Source of the DNA: Alphaproteobacteria bacterium
GTDB taxonomy: Bacteria; Pseudomonadota; Alphaproteobacteria; RF32; CAG-239
Assembly (NCBI GenBank): GCA_017457005.1
Contig: JAFTII010000030.1
Coordinates: 13,669 to 77,668, forward strand
DNA length: 64,000 nt
Direction of reading: 5' to 3'
Positions within the stretch are counted from its first letter, which is position 1; every line of letters starts with the position of its first letter. The notes under the pieces are model-generated. The model did no database searches. It saw nothing but the letters and a program-made list of their open reading frames with translations, and was not told the origin of the DNA. Shown piece after piece: positions 47,589 to 58,132 of the stretch. A program made the translations under genes and the position numbers.

Positions 47589-48059
47589 CTAAAACGGAAT
47601 ATCATCATCCAAATCTGCTGCCGGAACAGATGAAGCAGTAGAATCCCAACCTGCATTACCGCTTGCAGCAGAAAACACATCATTACCTCCGGCCGGAACA
47701 CCATCGCCTTTAGCATCTAACAACACTAAGTTTCCGTTAAAATTCTGTAATACAACTTCAGTTGAGTATTTTTCTTGTCCGTTAGTATCTTCCCATTTAC
47801 GAGTTTGCAATTGTCCTTCCAAATAAACTTTTGAACCCTTACGCAAATAACGCTCTGCCACATCAGCCAATTGCGGATTAAAAATAACCACTCGGTGCCA
47901 TTCGGTTCTATCTTTACGTTCTCCGGATAGCTTATCTTTCCAGGTTTCAGTTGTTGCAATACTTAAGTTAACAATTTTAGCTCCGCTTTGTGTATTACTT
48001 ACTCGCGGATCTGCTCCCAAATTGCCTACCAAAATAACTTTATTAATACTTCCAGCCAT
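47589..48059 (-). CDS. ssb: single-stranded DNA-binding protein
   Basis: OB fold (NKVILVGNLGADP...TEWHRVV) and an acidic tip DDDIPF. Confidence 0.96.
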   Translation of the reverse strand: MAGSINKVILVGNLGADPRVSNTQSGAKIVNLSIATTETWKDKLSGERKDRTEWHRVVIFNPQLADVAERYLRKGSKVYLEGQLQTRKWEDTNGQEKYSTEVVLQNFNGNLVLLDAKGDGVPAGGNDVFSAASGNAGWDSTASSVPAADLDDDIPF

Positions 48060-48131
48060 TTTTCTATACCTTATAAAAAATTAAAACTTTCATAAATATA
48101 CATTGATAAATCAGATTAGCAAACAAAAAAA

Positions 48132-49202
48132 TCAATTTACCTGTGTATATTCCTCTCCTTGCTTTTCAAACACACCATACAACAACGGAATCTTGTATTT
48201 AATATCTGACATTTTTCCCCAAGGTAACACTGCCGAATTATTTCCAAAAGCAGACTGCACTTTATCATAACTGAAACTTTGTGCTTTTTGTACTATATCA
48301 GACCAAAACTTTAATGCTGCAAAACCATATATTCCCAACCCATCAGGTTCGGCACCGAGTAATCGTAAATTTACTAATGTTTCCGTAAAATAAGGACTAT
48401 CCTTAAAGGCTTTTAATCCCAAATAATATTGCCCTTGCCCATCAATTTCAAATTCTTTCGCCACATACCGAGTTGCAAAAATTAAAGCTTCTTCATTATT
48501 TCGTCTAATTATTTTTCTTAATTCATAAATATCTTCATCTTTGGCGAGAACAAAAACTATTTTATTATTAAGTAAAATTTCTTTTGCCAATAAATTATAA
48601 TTTTTGCCATAGGCTCTTAAAGAATAACCGGTTAATTTGGACGTAATATTGTCATTTGTAAATTCTTTTTGCAATACCGTAGCTGTCTCTACAGACTCTC
48701 TATCGGAGCTATCATACACTATTGCCACATTTTGTCCTGATAAATTATTCAGATAATATTCAAAAAAAGCCTTTGCCGATGCACTTTTCAATCCGGCAAT
48801 ATGCCTCACATTTTTTTCATCACTGTTTATCGGCAAAGGCATAATTTGCATTATGCCGTTTTGTTTATATATTTCAGCAACATCATTAAACCTGTTATGG
48901 CAGAACGGACCTATTACCAAATTTATCTTATCTTCTTTTTTTACGCCCAACATTTGTGCCATTGATATCGCATAATTATCATCACATCTGTCATCTGCTA
49001 CTATTAAATTAATTTTCTGCCCCAAAATTCCGCCTTTTGAATTAATATCATTAGCGGCAATTTTTACTCCTTCCGTAATTTCTCTCCCATATTGGGCAAA
49101 AGCACCCTCTTGCGGAGCAATCACCACCACATTTACATCCGCCCAAGATGTTTTGCTCCCCAACATAAACAAACAAGTCAATATTATCAAATATTTAGTC
49201 AT
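48132..49202 (-). CDS. periplasmic substrate-binding protein, LivJ/branched-chain amino-acid type (orphan, no adjacent permease)
   Basis: Signal peptide plus VVIAPQEGAFAQYGREITEGVKIAANDINSKGGILGQKINLIVADD, typical of Peripla_BP_6. Confidence 0.82.
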   Translation of the reverse strand: MTKYLIILTCLFMLGSKTSWADVNVVVIAPQEGAFAQYGREITEGVKIAANDINSKGGILGQKINLIVADDRCDDNYAISMAQMLGVKKEDKINLVIGPFCHNRFNDVAEIYKQNGIMQIMPLPINSDEKNVRHIAGLKSASAKAFFEYYLNNLSGQNVAIVYDSSDRESVETATVLQKEFTNDNITSKLTGYSLRAYGKNYNLLAKEILLNNKIVFVLAKDEDIYELRKIIRRNNEEALIFATRYVAKEFEIDGQGQYYLGLKAFKDSPYFTETLVNLRLLGAEPDGLGIYGFAALKFWSDIVQKAQSFSYDKVQSAFGNNSAVLPWGKMSDIKYKIPLLYGVFEKQGEEYTQVN

Positions 49203-49386
49203 AAGTTCAAAACCATAATTAACTCAATGCGGCGCGCATAGTATCATCTTAAATATTTTTTGCAATCATTTTATTATTATTTCTCATTTACCATAAGCAA
49301 AAAGCGAATTTAAATAACTTTTTTCTATATTGCAAATATCTATTGCCATTATATGGTAAAGCCGTTATATTATTCACTCAGGAGAA

Positions 49387-52203
49387 ATGATGATGAGTAA
49401 TGATTTCATAGATATTAAAGGTGCCAGAGAACATAATCTTAAAAACATCAATATTCGTTTACCCAAAAACAGCTTAAATGTCATAACCGGACTTTCCGGT
49501 TCCGGCAAATCATCTTTAGCTTTTGACACCATATATGCCGAAGGTCAGCGCCGTTATGTAGAAAGCCTTTCTGCTTATGCTCGTCAGTTCTTGGATTTAA
49601 TGAAAAAGCCCGATGTTGATTCTATTGAAGGATTATCCCCTGCCATTTCTATTGAACAAAAAACAACATCCCATAACCCTCGCTCCACGGTTGGAACCGT
49701 TACCGAAATTTATGACTATATGCGCTTACTTTGGGCTCGTGTCGGAACCCCGTATTCGCCTGTTACCGGATTACCTATAGAAGCCCAAACCGTATCCCAA
49801 ATGACAGACCGAATATTATCACTTTCCGAAGGTACCAAATTATTACTTTTGGCTCCGATTGTGCGTGGCCGAAAAGGAGAATACAAAAAAGAAATTGATG
49901 ATTTACGCAAACAAGGTTTTCAGCGCCTCAAAATAGACGGTCAAATATATGATATTGAAGAAATCCCATCATTAAATAAAAATCAAAAACATGATATTGA
50001 AGTCGTTGTTGACCGAATTATTGTAAAGCCAAGCATTTCCGAACGACTTTCTCAATCTTTGGAAACTGCTCTCAAATTAGGAAACGGATTGATTTTTGCT
50101 GATAATCTGTCAGATAATCAGCATCTCACTTTTTCTTCCAAATTTGCTTGCCCTATATCCGGTTTCACTATTGAAGAAATTGAGCCGAGACTATTTTCTT
50201 TTAATAATCCTTATGGAGCCTGTCCGCATTGTGATGGTATCGGAGCAAGTTTATATATGGACCCCGATCGTGTTATTCCCAATCCTCATCTTTCTATTTC
50301 TCAAGGTGCAATTCTTCCTTGGTATAGCCGCAAACACGGATTTTATACCGATACCCTGACATCTCTATGTAATTGGTTAAATATTTCAGACAAAACCCCG
50401 TGGCAAGATCTTCCTCAATCAGCCAAAGAAATAATATTATACGGCTCTGCCGGCGAACCCGTACCGATGGATTATCGTCGTTTCACAACTTATAAACCAT
50501 TTGAAGGGGTTATAAATAACCTGGAACGCCGCTTTTTAGAAAGCGATTCACCGGCAATCAGAGACGAATTTGCCCAATATCAATCCGCTACTACGTGCAT
50601 TCACTGCAACGGTAAACGCCTCAAACCGGAAGCCTTAGCCGTAAAAATTGGCGGATTAGACATTATGGATGCCGCAACAATGTCAATAAAGGAGGCTCTT
50701 ATTTGGTTTAAAGGCATTGGTCCTACTTTAACACCGCAAAAACAAGAAATTGCTTCTAAAATTCTCAAAGAAATTACCGAACGACTTAACTTTTTAAACA
50801 ATGTCGGACTGGATTATTTAAGCCTTTCTCGTCAATCTGGTACGCTTTCCGGTGGTGAATCCCAACGTATTCGCTTAGCAAGTCAAATCGGATCCGGTCT
50901 GACAGGAGTGCTATATGTATTAGATGAACCATCTATCGGATTACATCAAAGAGATAATGATCGCCTGCTGGAAACTCTCAACCGCTTACGAGATATCGGT
51001 AATACCGTAATTGTTGTTGAACATGATGAAGATGCCATACGTTCGGCAGATTATTTAGTTGACATGGGCCCTGCCGCAGGTAGTTGTGGTGGCAATATTG
51101 TTGCAGAAGGAACAGTCAAAGAAGTATTAAAAAAACCCAACAGTTTAACTGCTCTATATCTTAACGGTACAAAAAAAATTCCGCTTCCTCCTTTAAGACG
51201 CAAAGGAAATGGCAAATTCATCGGACTAAAAGGAGCTAGAACCAATAATTTAAAAAACATAGATATAAAAATTCCCCTCGGAACTCTAACCTGTATTACC
51301 GGCGTATCCGGTGGCGGAAAGTCATCTTTGATAATTGAAACTTTATGCAAAGCAATTAATCGCGAACTTTTTAACTCTCGTGAACCGGGAGCAGTATATG
51401 ATAAACTTATCGGCGGAGAAAATATTGATAAACTTATAAACATAGATCAATCTCCCATCGGACGAACACCTCGTTCAAATCCGGCAACCTATACCGGAGT
51501 ATTTGATTATATTCGCAATTGGTTTTCCGGCCTGCCGGAGGCAAAAGCTCGCGGATATTCTGCCGGAAGATTCTCTTTCAATGTTTCCGGCGGACGTTGT
51601 GAGGCTTGTAAGGGAGATGGAGTTACCAAAATTGAAATGCACTTTTTACCTGATGTTTATGTTGAATGTGATATATGCAAAGGCAAACGCTTTAACCGAG
51701 AAACATTAGAAGTAAAATACAAAGACAAATCCATTGCCGATGTTCTGGATATGACGGTTGATGATGCTTTGGAATTTTTCAATGCAATTCCAAGCATAAA
51801 AAATCGTTTAGAATTATTACGCAAAGTAGGCCTTGGATACATTAAACTCGGACAACCGGCCACTACTCTTTCCGGCGGAGAAGCTCAACGTATCAAATTA
51901 GCTAAAGAACTTTCACGTCGCGCTACCGGAAAAACTCTATACATTTTGGATGAACCAACTACCGGATTGCACTTTGAAGATATCAATAAACTGCTTAAAG
52001 TTTTGCAAACTATTGTAGACCAAGGTAATTCCATAATCGTTATTGAACACAATTTAGATGTGATAAAAACTGCCGACTATATTATAGACTTAGGTCCTGA
52101 AGGTGGCGACGGCGGTGGAACCATCGTTGCACAAGGCACACCGGAAGATATCGCAAAATCAGAACAAAGTTATACCGGAAGATATTTGAAAAACAAACTC
52201 TAA
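49387..52203 (+). CDS. uvrA: excinuclease ABC subunit A
   Basis: 938 aa with two ABC modules ([24 protein letters not shown]) and zinc modules ([14 protein letters not shown]). Confidence 0.97.
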   Translation: MMMSNDFIDIKGAREHNLKNINIRLPKNSLNVITGLSGSGKSSLAFDTIYAEGQRRYVESLSAYARQFLDLMKKPDVDSIEGLSPAISIEQKTTSHNPRSTVGTVTEIYDYMRLLWARVGTPYSPVTGLPIEAQTVSQMTDRILSLSEGTKLLLLAPIVRGRKGEYKKEIDDLRKQGFQRLKIDGQIYDIEEIPSLNKNQKHDIEVVVDRIIVKPSISERLSQSLETALKLGNGLIFADNLSDNQHLTFSSKFACPISGFTIEEIEPRLFSFNNPYGACPHCDGIGASLYMDPDRVIPNPHLSISQGAILPWYSRKHGFYTDTLTSLCNWLNISDKTPWQDLPQSAKEIILYGSAGEPVPMDYRRFTTYKPFEGVINNLERRFLESDSPAIRDEFAQYQSATTCIHCNGKRLKPEALAVKIGGLDIMDAATMSIKEALIWFKGIGPTLTPQKQEIASKILKEITERLNFLNNVGLDYLSLSRQSGTLSGGESQRIRLASQIGSGLTGVLYVLDEPSIGLHQRDNDRLLETLNRLRDIGNTVIVVEHDEDAIRSADYLVDMGPAAGSCGGNIVAEGTVKEVLKKPNSLTALYLNGTKKIPLPPLRRKGNGKFIGLKGARTNNLKNIDIKIPLGTLTCITGVSGGGKSSLIIETLCKAINRELFNSREPGAVYDKLIGGENIDKLINIDQSPIGRTPRSNPATYTGVFDYIRNWFSGLPEAKARGYSAGRFSFNVSGGRCEACKGDGVTKIEMHFLPDVYVECDICKGKRFNRETLEVKYKDKSIADVLDMTVDDALEFFNAIPSIKNRLELLRKVGLGYIKLGQPATTLSGGEAQRIKLAKELSRRATGKTLYILDEPTTGLHFEDINKLLKVLQTIVDQGNSIIVIEHNLDVIKTADYIIDLGPEGGDGGGTIVAQGTPEDIAKSEQSYTGRYLKNKL

Positions 52204-53699
52204 CGTTTTTTATTTTTACGAGCAACTTTAGGAAGCACTGTATATTCACTCATTATCTTACGCCCCATTTTCACAAAAGGCTCTTCTCTTCCTCCGCCTT
52301 GAGATAAAATATTACACAGTTCTTGTACTTCAGAACGGCTATAATCATGCTCTTTTACAATATCAACAAACATTTTCGTCATTTTATTATGAAAATTAGG
52401 ATCAAACTCTTCCGCCTCTTCATTAGTAGTATTTACACTTTTTGCATAAATTTCAGCTATTGCACCAACTAACTTTTTATTAATTTTTCGCTTTGGCTCT
52501 GCAACAGGTTCAAACAATGTTCCGCTAACTGCATTAAGCTCCATATATTTTGCATTTCTTTTTAACAAATTACTTATATTTTCAGTACTGACTTCATCTG
52601 TTTTATGAGGTCTGACAGCAGCATAATCAATAACTAAAGCGGCATAATCTTTAACCAATTCAAAAGTAGGTTTAATTTCAGAAGAACAAACTACCGCATC
52701 AATAATACCTTTTTGCTTCATAACAAAAGCTGCGCGTTGTTTCCACTTCACATCGTATTGATATAAAACATGATATACATTATTTATTCTTTTATGCAAT
52801 TTTTGAGATGGAGTTTCATTATTAAGCAAAAAATTTTCACAACTATCAGATATCTTAAGTTTTGAGCGTTTTAAACGCTTATATAAATCTTTTTTGAATT
52901 TTTCATCAAGCTTATATGTTTTTCCTTTTACGCCGATAACTCCTGCCTCATCATAATAAGATACATTATCCAAATAAAATGCATTATCAGCAGCATTTTC
53001 AATTACCGGCATTGCCATTTCCAGTAATTTTCCGCCATTACTTTCTCGTGATTTTTGTAAAATTGAAAACAGTTGTCTTACCGTCTGTTCCGCTAAATCT
53101 TTTTTATCCGATTGAGTAGTTCCTATGTTATAATTTGCCATTTCTTTTATAAAACCACTATACACACCGCTATTATCAGATTTGCGATATGCCAGTACCC
53201 AATCAATACCTAAGACTTTATCTTTATCACTTAAAAAAGTTCCGATACCATCCAAAAAACTTATTTTCGCTTTATCAAAATTTGCGCTTTCCTTAAAAAA
53301 TGATTTATCCCCCATAGATACTCGTTTTTCGGAGTTTATCGTCACATGTTTTAAAACATTCCAAAACAATCTTCCTGCAGCTTTAGATTTTTCCGTAGTA
53401 CTATGTATATATCCTCTTATTGCACGTCTTATAAAATAAGCATTTGTAGAACATTCGGGATTATTCAATCCCCAAATAGGTTTATTATTTTCAAACCCCT
53501 TAAAACCACATAAATCTGCCAACTCTTTATAAGCTTTTGGAGCTTGTTGTTGCACCTTATACTCCAGTAAAAAATTTACTTCCCTCACTCCCTTAAACTT
53601 ATCATACACATCGCCTTGATTAAGACGATGGTTCAATAACTTCACAATCATTTTCATAAAACCGTCATTTTGAGCTTCAGGTAATTCATTTTCTGCCAT
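52200..53699 (-). CDS. large hypothetical protein (orphan)
   Basis: 499-aa uninterrupted ORF with no TM helix, signal peptide or known motif, and a basic C-terminus (ARKNKKR). Its stop codon overlaps the uvrA stop (CTAA). Confidence 0.68.
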   Translation of the reverse strand: MAENELPEAQNDGFMKMIVKLLNHRLNQGDVYDKFKGVREVNFLLEYKVQQQAPKAYKELADLCGFKGFENNKPIWGLNNPECSTNAYFIRRAIRGYIHSTTEKSKAAGRLFWNVLKHVTINSEKRVSMGDKSFFKESANFDKAKISFLDGIGTFLSDKDKVLGIDWVLAYRKSDNSGVYSGFIKEMANYNIGTTQSDKKDLAEQTVRQLFSILQKSRESNGGKLLEMAMPVIENAADNAFYLDNVSYYDEAGVIGVKGKTYKLDEKFKKDLYKRLKRSKLKISDSCENFLLNNETPSQKLHKRINNVYHVLYQYDVKWKQRAAFVMKQKGIIDAVVCSSEIKPTFELVKDYAALVIDYAAVRPHKTDEVSTENISNLLKRNAKYMELNAVSGTLFEPVAEPKRKINKKLVGAIAEIYAKSVNTTNEEAEEFDPNFHNKMTKMFVDIVKEHDYSRSEVQELCNILSQGGGREEPFVKMGRKIMSEYTVLPKVARKNKKR

Positions 53700-53762
53700 G
53701 GTGCAACCTTTCGTCCAGTTTTTGTCATTATACTCTTTTTACATAAAAAATCAATAAAAAAA

Positions 53763-53791
53763 GTGGTCAAACCTTTTCCGAGTTTGACCAC
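53763..53791 (-). terminator. hairpin terminator
   Basis: GTGGTCAAAC-9 nt-GTTTGACCAC with an adjacent A/T run. Confidence 0.65.
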
Positions 53792-53811
53792 CGCCACAAA
53801 TTCTAAACAAC

Positions 53812-53997
53812 TTACGCAATAATATTAGGCATAATTTTTGCTTCTATTGTTTTAATCTTATTTTTAACACCCATACGTAAAGAGTTTAACTGTTTTGCTT
53901 TAAAAAAATCTATAGTTTCATTATTACGCACCAAATGCCTTATATCAGAACTCACACGTCTTTCTTCAAGCTTTAGTTCGCATAGTTGATGTTGCAA
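53812..53997 (-). CDS. possible small DUF465-like protein; start codon unresolved
   Basis: The 61-aa track ORF starts at a TTG. The coiled-coil-like C-terminus (KAKQLNSLRMGVKNKIKTIEAKI) vaguely resembles the KxKL.LKDEI motif of DUF465. The SD-like AGAGGA lies too far upstream of the TTG. Confidence 0.3.
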   Translation of the reverse strand: MQHQLCELKLEERRVSSDIRHLVRNNETIDFFKAKQLNSLRMGVKNKIKTIEAKIMPNIIA

Positions 53998-54155
53998 TTT
54001 ATCAGTTTGTTTTTGATAAAATATCCTCTTTTAGTCCTTTCAAAATTTAAAAATTTCTGTTAATTAGCACTTTTTTGCTGGAATCTTATTCAGAAATCTG
54101 TATTAGTATAAACCAAAATAGAAAAAAAAGCAACTCAAAAAGGAGTAATTTAAAC

Positions 54156-55235
54156 ATGACAGATAAAAAAAGACTTGGAATTCTTACCAGTGGTGGGGAT
54201 TGCGCAGGCCTCAATGCAGTAATAAGTTCTGTTGTAAAAGCCGCCAACGCCAAAGGATGGGAAGTTTATGGTATTCACAACGGAACAGACGGCATTACCA
54301 ACAAACCTCACAGTTTTGAGGTTTTAACTGTTCATAATTTTTCAGATTCTCCTTGGCCGCGTCTTAGTGGTTCTTACTTAGGCTCCTTAAACAAAGGTGT
54401 AAAAATGGAATCCTTGGAAGAAATGAGCCAAAAATTTGCCGTTGGAGTAAAAGAACTGGGTTTAGATGCTGTCATTGTTGTTGGCGGGGACGGCAGCATG
54501 AATATTGTTTCCAACTACTGCAAAGGCAGTATCGTAAGAATGATAGGTATTCCCAAAACTATGGATAATGATACCCCTATTACAGAATTTTCCGTTGGTT
54601 TCCAATCAGCTGTACAAGTTTGTACCAATGCCATAGACAGCTTAGAATTAACTGCTCGTTCTCATAATCGCGCACTTATTGTTGAAGTTATGGGGAGAGA
54701 TGCCGGCCACTTGGCCATGCACTCAGCTTTGGCCGGACAAGCCGACGTTTGCCTTGTTCCTGAAATTCCTTATACTATTGATGGTGTTATCAATAAACTT
54801 AAAGAAATCAAAGCCAGCGGACGAAATCATGCGGTTATCGTTGTATCTGAAGGAATAAAAACCGAAAAAGGTACATTAGTTTCCACCAAAAAGAATATGG
54901 TCGGAGAAGCTGTTTATGGTGGCATCAGCCAATATTTATGCAATGAAATCAGCAGCCGATACTCTGAATTTCAAATTCGCAGCAACACTTTAGGACACAT
55001 TCAACGTTCTGGTGTTCCTTGTGCATTTGACCGTACACTTGCATATATGTATGGAACTAAAGCTATTGAATTATTAGAAAACGGTGAAGATAATAAAATG
55101 GTTATCTGGAAAAACGGACACGTTGGTGCTGTTGATTTGTCTGAAGTTGTTCGCACCGGTACAACTCTATTAAATCCGAACAGTGACTACGTCAAAGCCG
55201 CCAAAGAATTAGGTATGTATATTGGTGAGATCTAA
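54156..55235 (+). CDS. pfkA: 6-phosphofructokinase (PfkA family)
   Basis: Start moved to the ATG at 54156 (SD AAAGGAG). Motifs GILTSGGDCAGLNAV, GGDGS, IGIPKTMDND and MGRDAGH. Confidence 0.92.
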   Translation: MTDKKRLGILTSGGDCAGLNAVISSVVKAANAKGWEVYGIHNGTDGITNKPHSFEVLTVHNFSDSPWPRLSGSYLGSLNKGVKMESLEEMSQKFAVGVKELGLDAVIVVGGDGSMNIVSNYCKGSIVRMIGIPKTMDNDTPITEFSVGFQSAVQVCTNAIDSLELTARSHNRALIVEVMGRDAGHLAMHSALAGQADVCLVPEIPYTIDGVINKLKEIKASGRNHAVIVVSEGIKTEKGTLVSTKKNMVGEAVYGGISQYLCNEISSRYSEFQIRSNTLGHIQRSGVPCAFDRTLAYMYGTKAIELLENGEDNKMVIWKNGHVGAVDLSEVVRTGTTLLNPNSDYVKAAKELGMYIGEI

Positions 55236-55249
55236 ACTGTAATGAACTA

Positions 55250-55289
55250 AAAAAGCCTCTTGATACAAAAATCAAGAGGCTTTTTTTTT
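55250..55289. terminator. bidirectional rho-independent terminator
   Basis: AAAAGCCTCTTGAT-ACAAAA-ATCAAGAGGCTTTTTTTTT. Confidence 0.85.
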
Positions 55290-55692
55290 ACTTCTTCACA
55301 TACGTGACTTTCAAACAGCTTTCACCTTTTCTGTTCTGATAAAAGCGAAATATCTGATGAATTGTCACATCATCATTTTTACACTCATGCTCCCACAACT
55401 GACCTTCCTCAAAAAACGTGGTTGGTCTAAGCGGTCCGGTATAAATCGCCAGATTATGTTTAAGGTCTTTATCAGACATAAACTCCTCTAAGACTGCTAT
55501 GTGGACTTGTTTACCTATATACAAATCCATACACCATACCGGTCCATCAATATGCCCTGGGAAAAGAGCAAGATACGCATTAGAATAGTTACCATACATT
55601 TTGATATCCTTAGCCATATTGGCCACGATAAGATTTGTCATCATCTCAGGAGTATGGTTTGCCCGAGAGATGTTGGGTTTTGTTGCTGCCAT
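55288..55692 (-). CDS. hypothetical protein (orphan pair, distal gene)
   Basis: 134-aa ORF, 18 nt after the upstream gene. No SD and no recognisable motif. Confidence 0.58.
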   Translation of the reverse strand: MAATKPNISRANHTPEMMTNLIVANMAKDIKMYGNYSNAYLALFPGHIDGPVWCMDLYIGKQVHIAVLEEFMSDKDLKHNLAIYTGPLRPTTFFEEGQLWEHECKNDDVTIHQIFRFYQNRKGESCLKVTYVKK

Positions 55693-55710
55693 AATTATGT
55701 GGTTTAGAAA

Positions 55711-56091
55711 TTAGTTGATCTTCTGAAAAGGCTTTGTAAACTGCACAGCTGCCTTTCCATTTAATTCTATTATTCTCATAGCACCTCTTTTGGTGTTATA
55801 AATTCGCTCATAATCCATAACCGGATATGCGCTCACCTTGCTGTACTTACGTACAAAGACATCTTTTATCGGATAGTAGATTACACATCCTTCATTTTCA
55901 GATGTTTCTTTACACTTCAGCGGAATCAAAAAACCTAACTGATAGTGAGGTTTGATTTCACTAAAATACGAAAGTACCGGTTCATCCGCCACATAATGTT
56001 CAGCTAACTTCGGAAAAACTTCATTCAATTTTTCCTTAACTAACTCGGGAGTCTCCGTCCATGACATTTCTCCCATCACAACTCTGTTCAT
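55711..56091 (-). CDS. hypothetical protein (orphan pair, proximal gene)
   Basis: 126-aa ORF with no SD and no recognisable motif. Confidence 0.58.
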   Translation of the reverse strand: MNRVVMGEMSWTETPELVKEKLNEVFPKLAEHYVADEPVLSYFSEIKPHYQLGFLIPLKCKETSENEGCVIYYPIKDVFVRKYSKVSAYPVMDYERIYNTKRGAMRIIELNGKAAVQFTKPFQKIN

Positions 56092-56247
56092 AATAAAATA
56101 AATTATTAAATTAAAAATAAGGTTCTAAACTGAAACTAGAAAATTTTTAGACAAAAGTCAACAATATATTACACCGGCACTACTTTAAATTTATCCGACA
56201 CATAATATATTTATCATAAATTTAATATATTAGAAGGAGATAAAACT

Positions 56248-57495
56248 ATGTATAAACGCTTAAATTCTGTAGCTTTAGGATTAATTTTAAGTTGTGGTAT
56301 CATCACAACATCATCTGCCTTTGCTCAAAGCTATCACCCGACTGATGTTCAAAAACCTCGCAGTGCCACTCAACGAGTCGCAGCTTCCAAACACCGTCGT
56401 TCACATAATTTCACTGACTTCGGAAAAGAATATTCTTATTTCAAAAACCATCTCCAAGATAAATATGGCCTCAGTTATGGTTTAGATATCTCATTTATGC
56501 CGCAATACGGATCTCCCAACGGCAAAAAAACCGGTTTTCAAACCTTAATCTATCCGACTGTTACTTGGGAAGCTTTCAATAACGAATACGGAACAGCTAC
56601 ATTCAATGCCGCTTATAACATTGCTCGCTATTCAGGACGCACAGCCCAAGATATAACTGATAGAATCGGTGCCGTTACAGGTATTAATGACTATACTTCA
56701 CAATCAAATTCTTTTGATGAATTATATATGACATACCAATTTCCTGACAAGTTAAGCTGGTTAACTTTAGCTCTCGGTCAATTTCCTATTTATAATTTTG
56801 ATGGCAGTGCATACGATGCCAATCAACAAGAAAACTTTATCAACTACTCTTTATCACAAAACGCCAGTTCCACTTATCCGACAGCATCCATGGGCGGATA
56901 TGTTCAAATTTCTCCCAACAATAAATGGAGCTTAGCTTTGGGCGCTCAAGACGCTCACAATATTGATGGGGACGGAATCTCCACTTCTCATCTTACCGAC
57001 GATGCTCATTATACATCTTTTGCCTCATTAACTTACTCTCCTACCATCAAAAACTTAGGAGACGGACAATATTCAGTATTATTGTATAATCAACCTTATG
57101 TAGATGTTCAAAAAGAGACTACCAACGGTTGGTCATTGAACATGAATCAAAATATCGGTGAAAAATTAGCTATATTCGGACGTATCAATGGCGTAACCGG
57201 TTCAACGGCTGAAATAAATCGTTCTTATGTTCTCGGAGCAGTTTATAATAATCCGTTAGATCGTAATCCTCTTGACCAAATCGGATTAGCCGTTGCCTAC
57301 AATGAAATTGATGAAGATGCCGTTGGAGAAAAATTAGAACACAATGCCGAAACAATTTTAGAAGCATATTGGGCTTTGGGAATATCTAAATGGATGACCA
57401 TTACTCCGGATATTCAATTTTATATAAATCCGGCGCTTAACACCAAATCTGACTATGCAACGGCTTTCACTGTTCGCGCCAGTGTTTTCTTCTGA
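56248..57495 (+). CDS. carbohydrate-selective porin, OprB family
   Basis: Signal peptide (SSAFAQ), a beta-barrel pattern and the family C-terminus ILEAYWALGISKWMTITPDIQFYINPA...ASVFF. SD AAGGAG. Confidence 0.85.
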   Translation: MYKRLNSVALGLILSCGIITTSSAFAQSYHPTDVQKPRSATQRVAASKHRRSHNFTDFGKEYSYFKNHLQDKYGLSYGLDISFMPQYGSPNGKKTGFQTLIYPTVTWEAFNNEYGTATFNAAYNIARYSGRTAQDITDRIGAVTGINDYTSQSNSFDELYMTYQFPDKLSWLTLALGQFPIYNFDGSAYDANQQENFINYSLSQNASSTYPTASMGGYVQISPNNKWSLALGAQDAHNIDGDGISTSHLTDDAHYTSFASLTYSPTIKNLGDGQYSVLLYNQPYVDVQKETTNGWSLNMNQNIGEKLAIFGRINGVTGSTAEINRSYVLGAVYNNPLDRNPLDQIGLAVAYNEIDEDAVGEKLEHNAETILEAYWALGISKWMTITPDIQFYINPALNTKSDYATAFTVRASVFF

Positions 57496-57594
57496 TATAA
57501 TTTATTGCTTAATAGTAATAATTTTGACTTTACAAACTTTTGATTTTATAGATAATTATAACAGTTTTTAATCAATAAAATTATAAGTACACCA

Positions 57595-58119
57595 ATGTCT
57601 AAAATTTTTACTATTACTCTAATCTGTTTTATCAGTTTATTATCGGCATGCCAAAATCAAATAAAGCCGGCTATTGTTCCGCCCCCTTCTCTTCCGTCAT
57701 CCCCGACATTGGGGTTGGCTGTAATCGGGGGCGTAGAACCTTTTTACCTGCTTCCCATGCACACATCTTTTGCGGCCCGAATTGATACCGGAGCAGAATC
57801 ATCTTCTATCGGTGTTGAACAACTTACTCCTTTTGAAAGAGACGGAGAAAAATGGGTTTCTTTTGTGATAGTAAACAAACACAACGGAGAAACCCATACT
57901 TTTGAAAAACGAATTGTGCGCAAAACACGCATTCGTCGCATAGACAAAGATGAACATCGTTATGTTGTAAATATGGATATAAAAATCGGTAATGAAATTA
58001 TTAATGCCGAATTTTCTTTGGCAGACCGCGAAAAATTTGATTATCAAGGTCTAATTGGTCGCAATGTTATCAACAGTCGTTTTTTAATTGATTCATCTTT
58101 AGACAATACTCTTCATTAA
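57595..58119 (+). CDS. RimB-like retropepsin-fold protease (COG4067, annotated ATP-dependent zinc protease family)
   Basis: 174 aa with lipobox-like LLSAC and ARIDTGAESSSI (a D-T-G-A aspartic protease motif). Confidence 0.82.
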   Translation: MSKIFTITLICFISLLSACQNQIKPAIVPPPSLPSSPTLGLAVIGGVEPFYLLPMHTSFAARIDTGAESSSIGVEQLTPFERDGEKWVSFVIVNKHNGETHTFEKRIVRKTRIRRIDKDEHRYVVNMDIKIGNEIINAEFSLADREKFDYQGLIGRNVINSRFLIDSSLDNTLH

Positions 58120-58132
58120 TACGGACAAAACC

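Noticed and set aside
49203-49386. An expected SOS (LexA) box between the ssb side and uvrA
   Set aside because: I found neither CTGT-N8-ACAG nor GTTC-N7-GTTC / GAAC-N7-GAAC by eye, here or upstream of ssb (48060-48131). A single GTTC at 49205 has no partner. A matrix scan would be needed for certainty.
51051-51443. 130-aa minus-strand ORF inside uvrA
   Set aside because: It is antisense to uvrA, whose frame is unambiguous.
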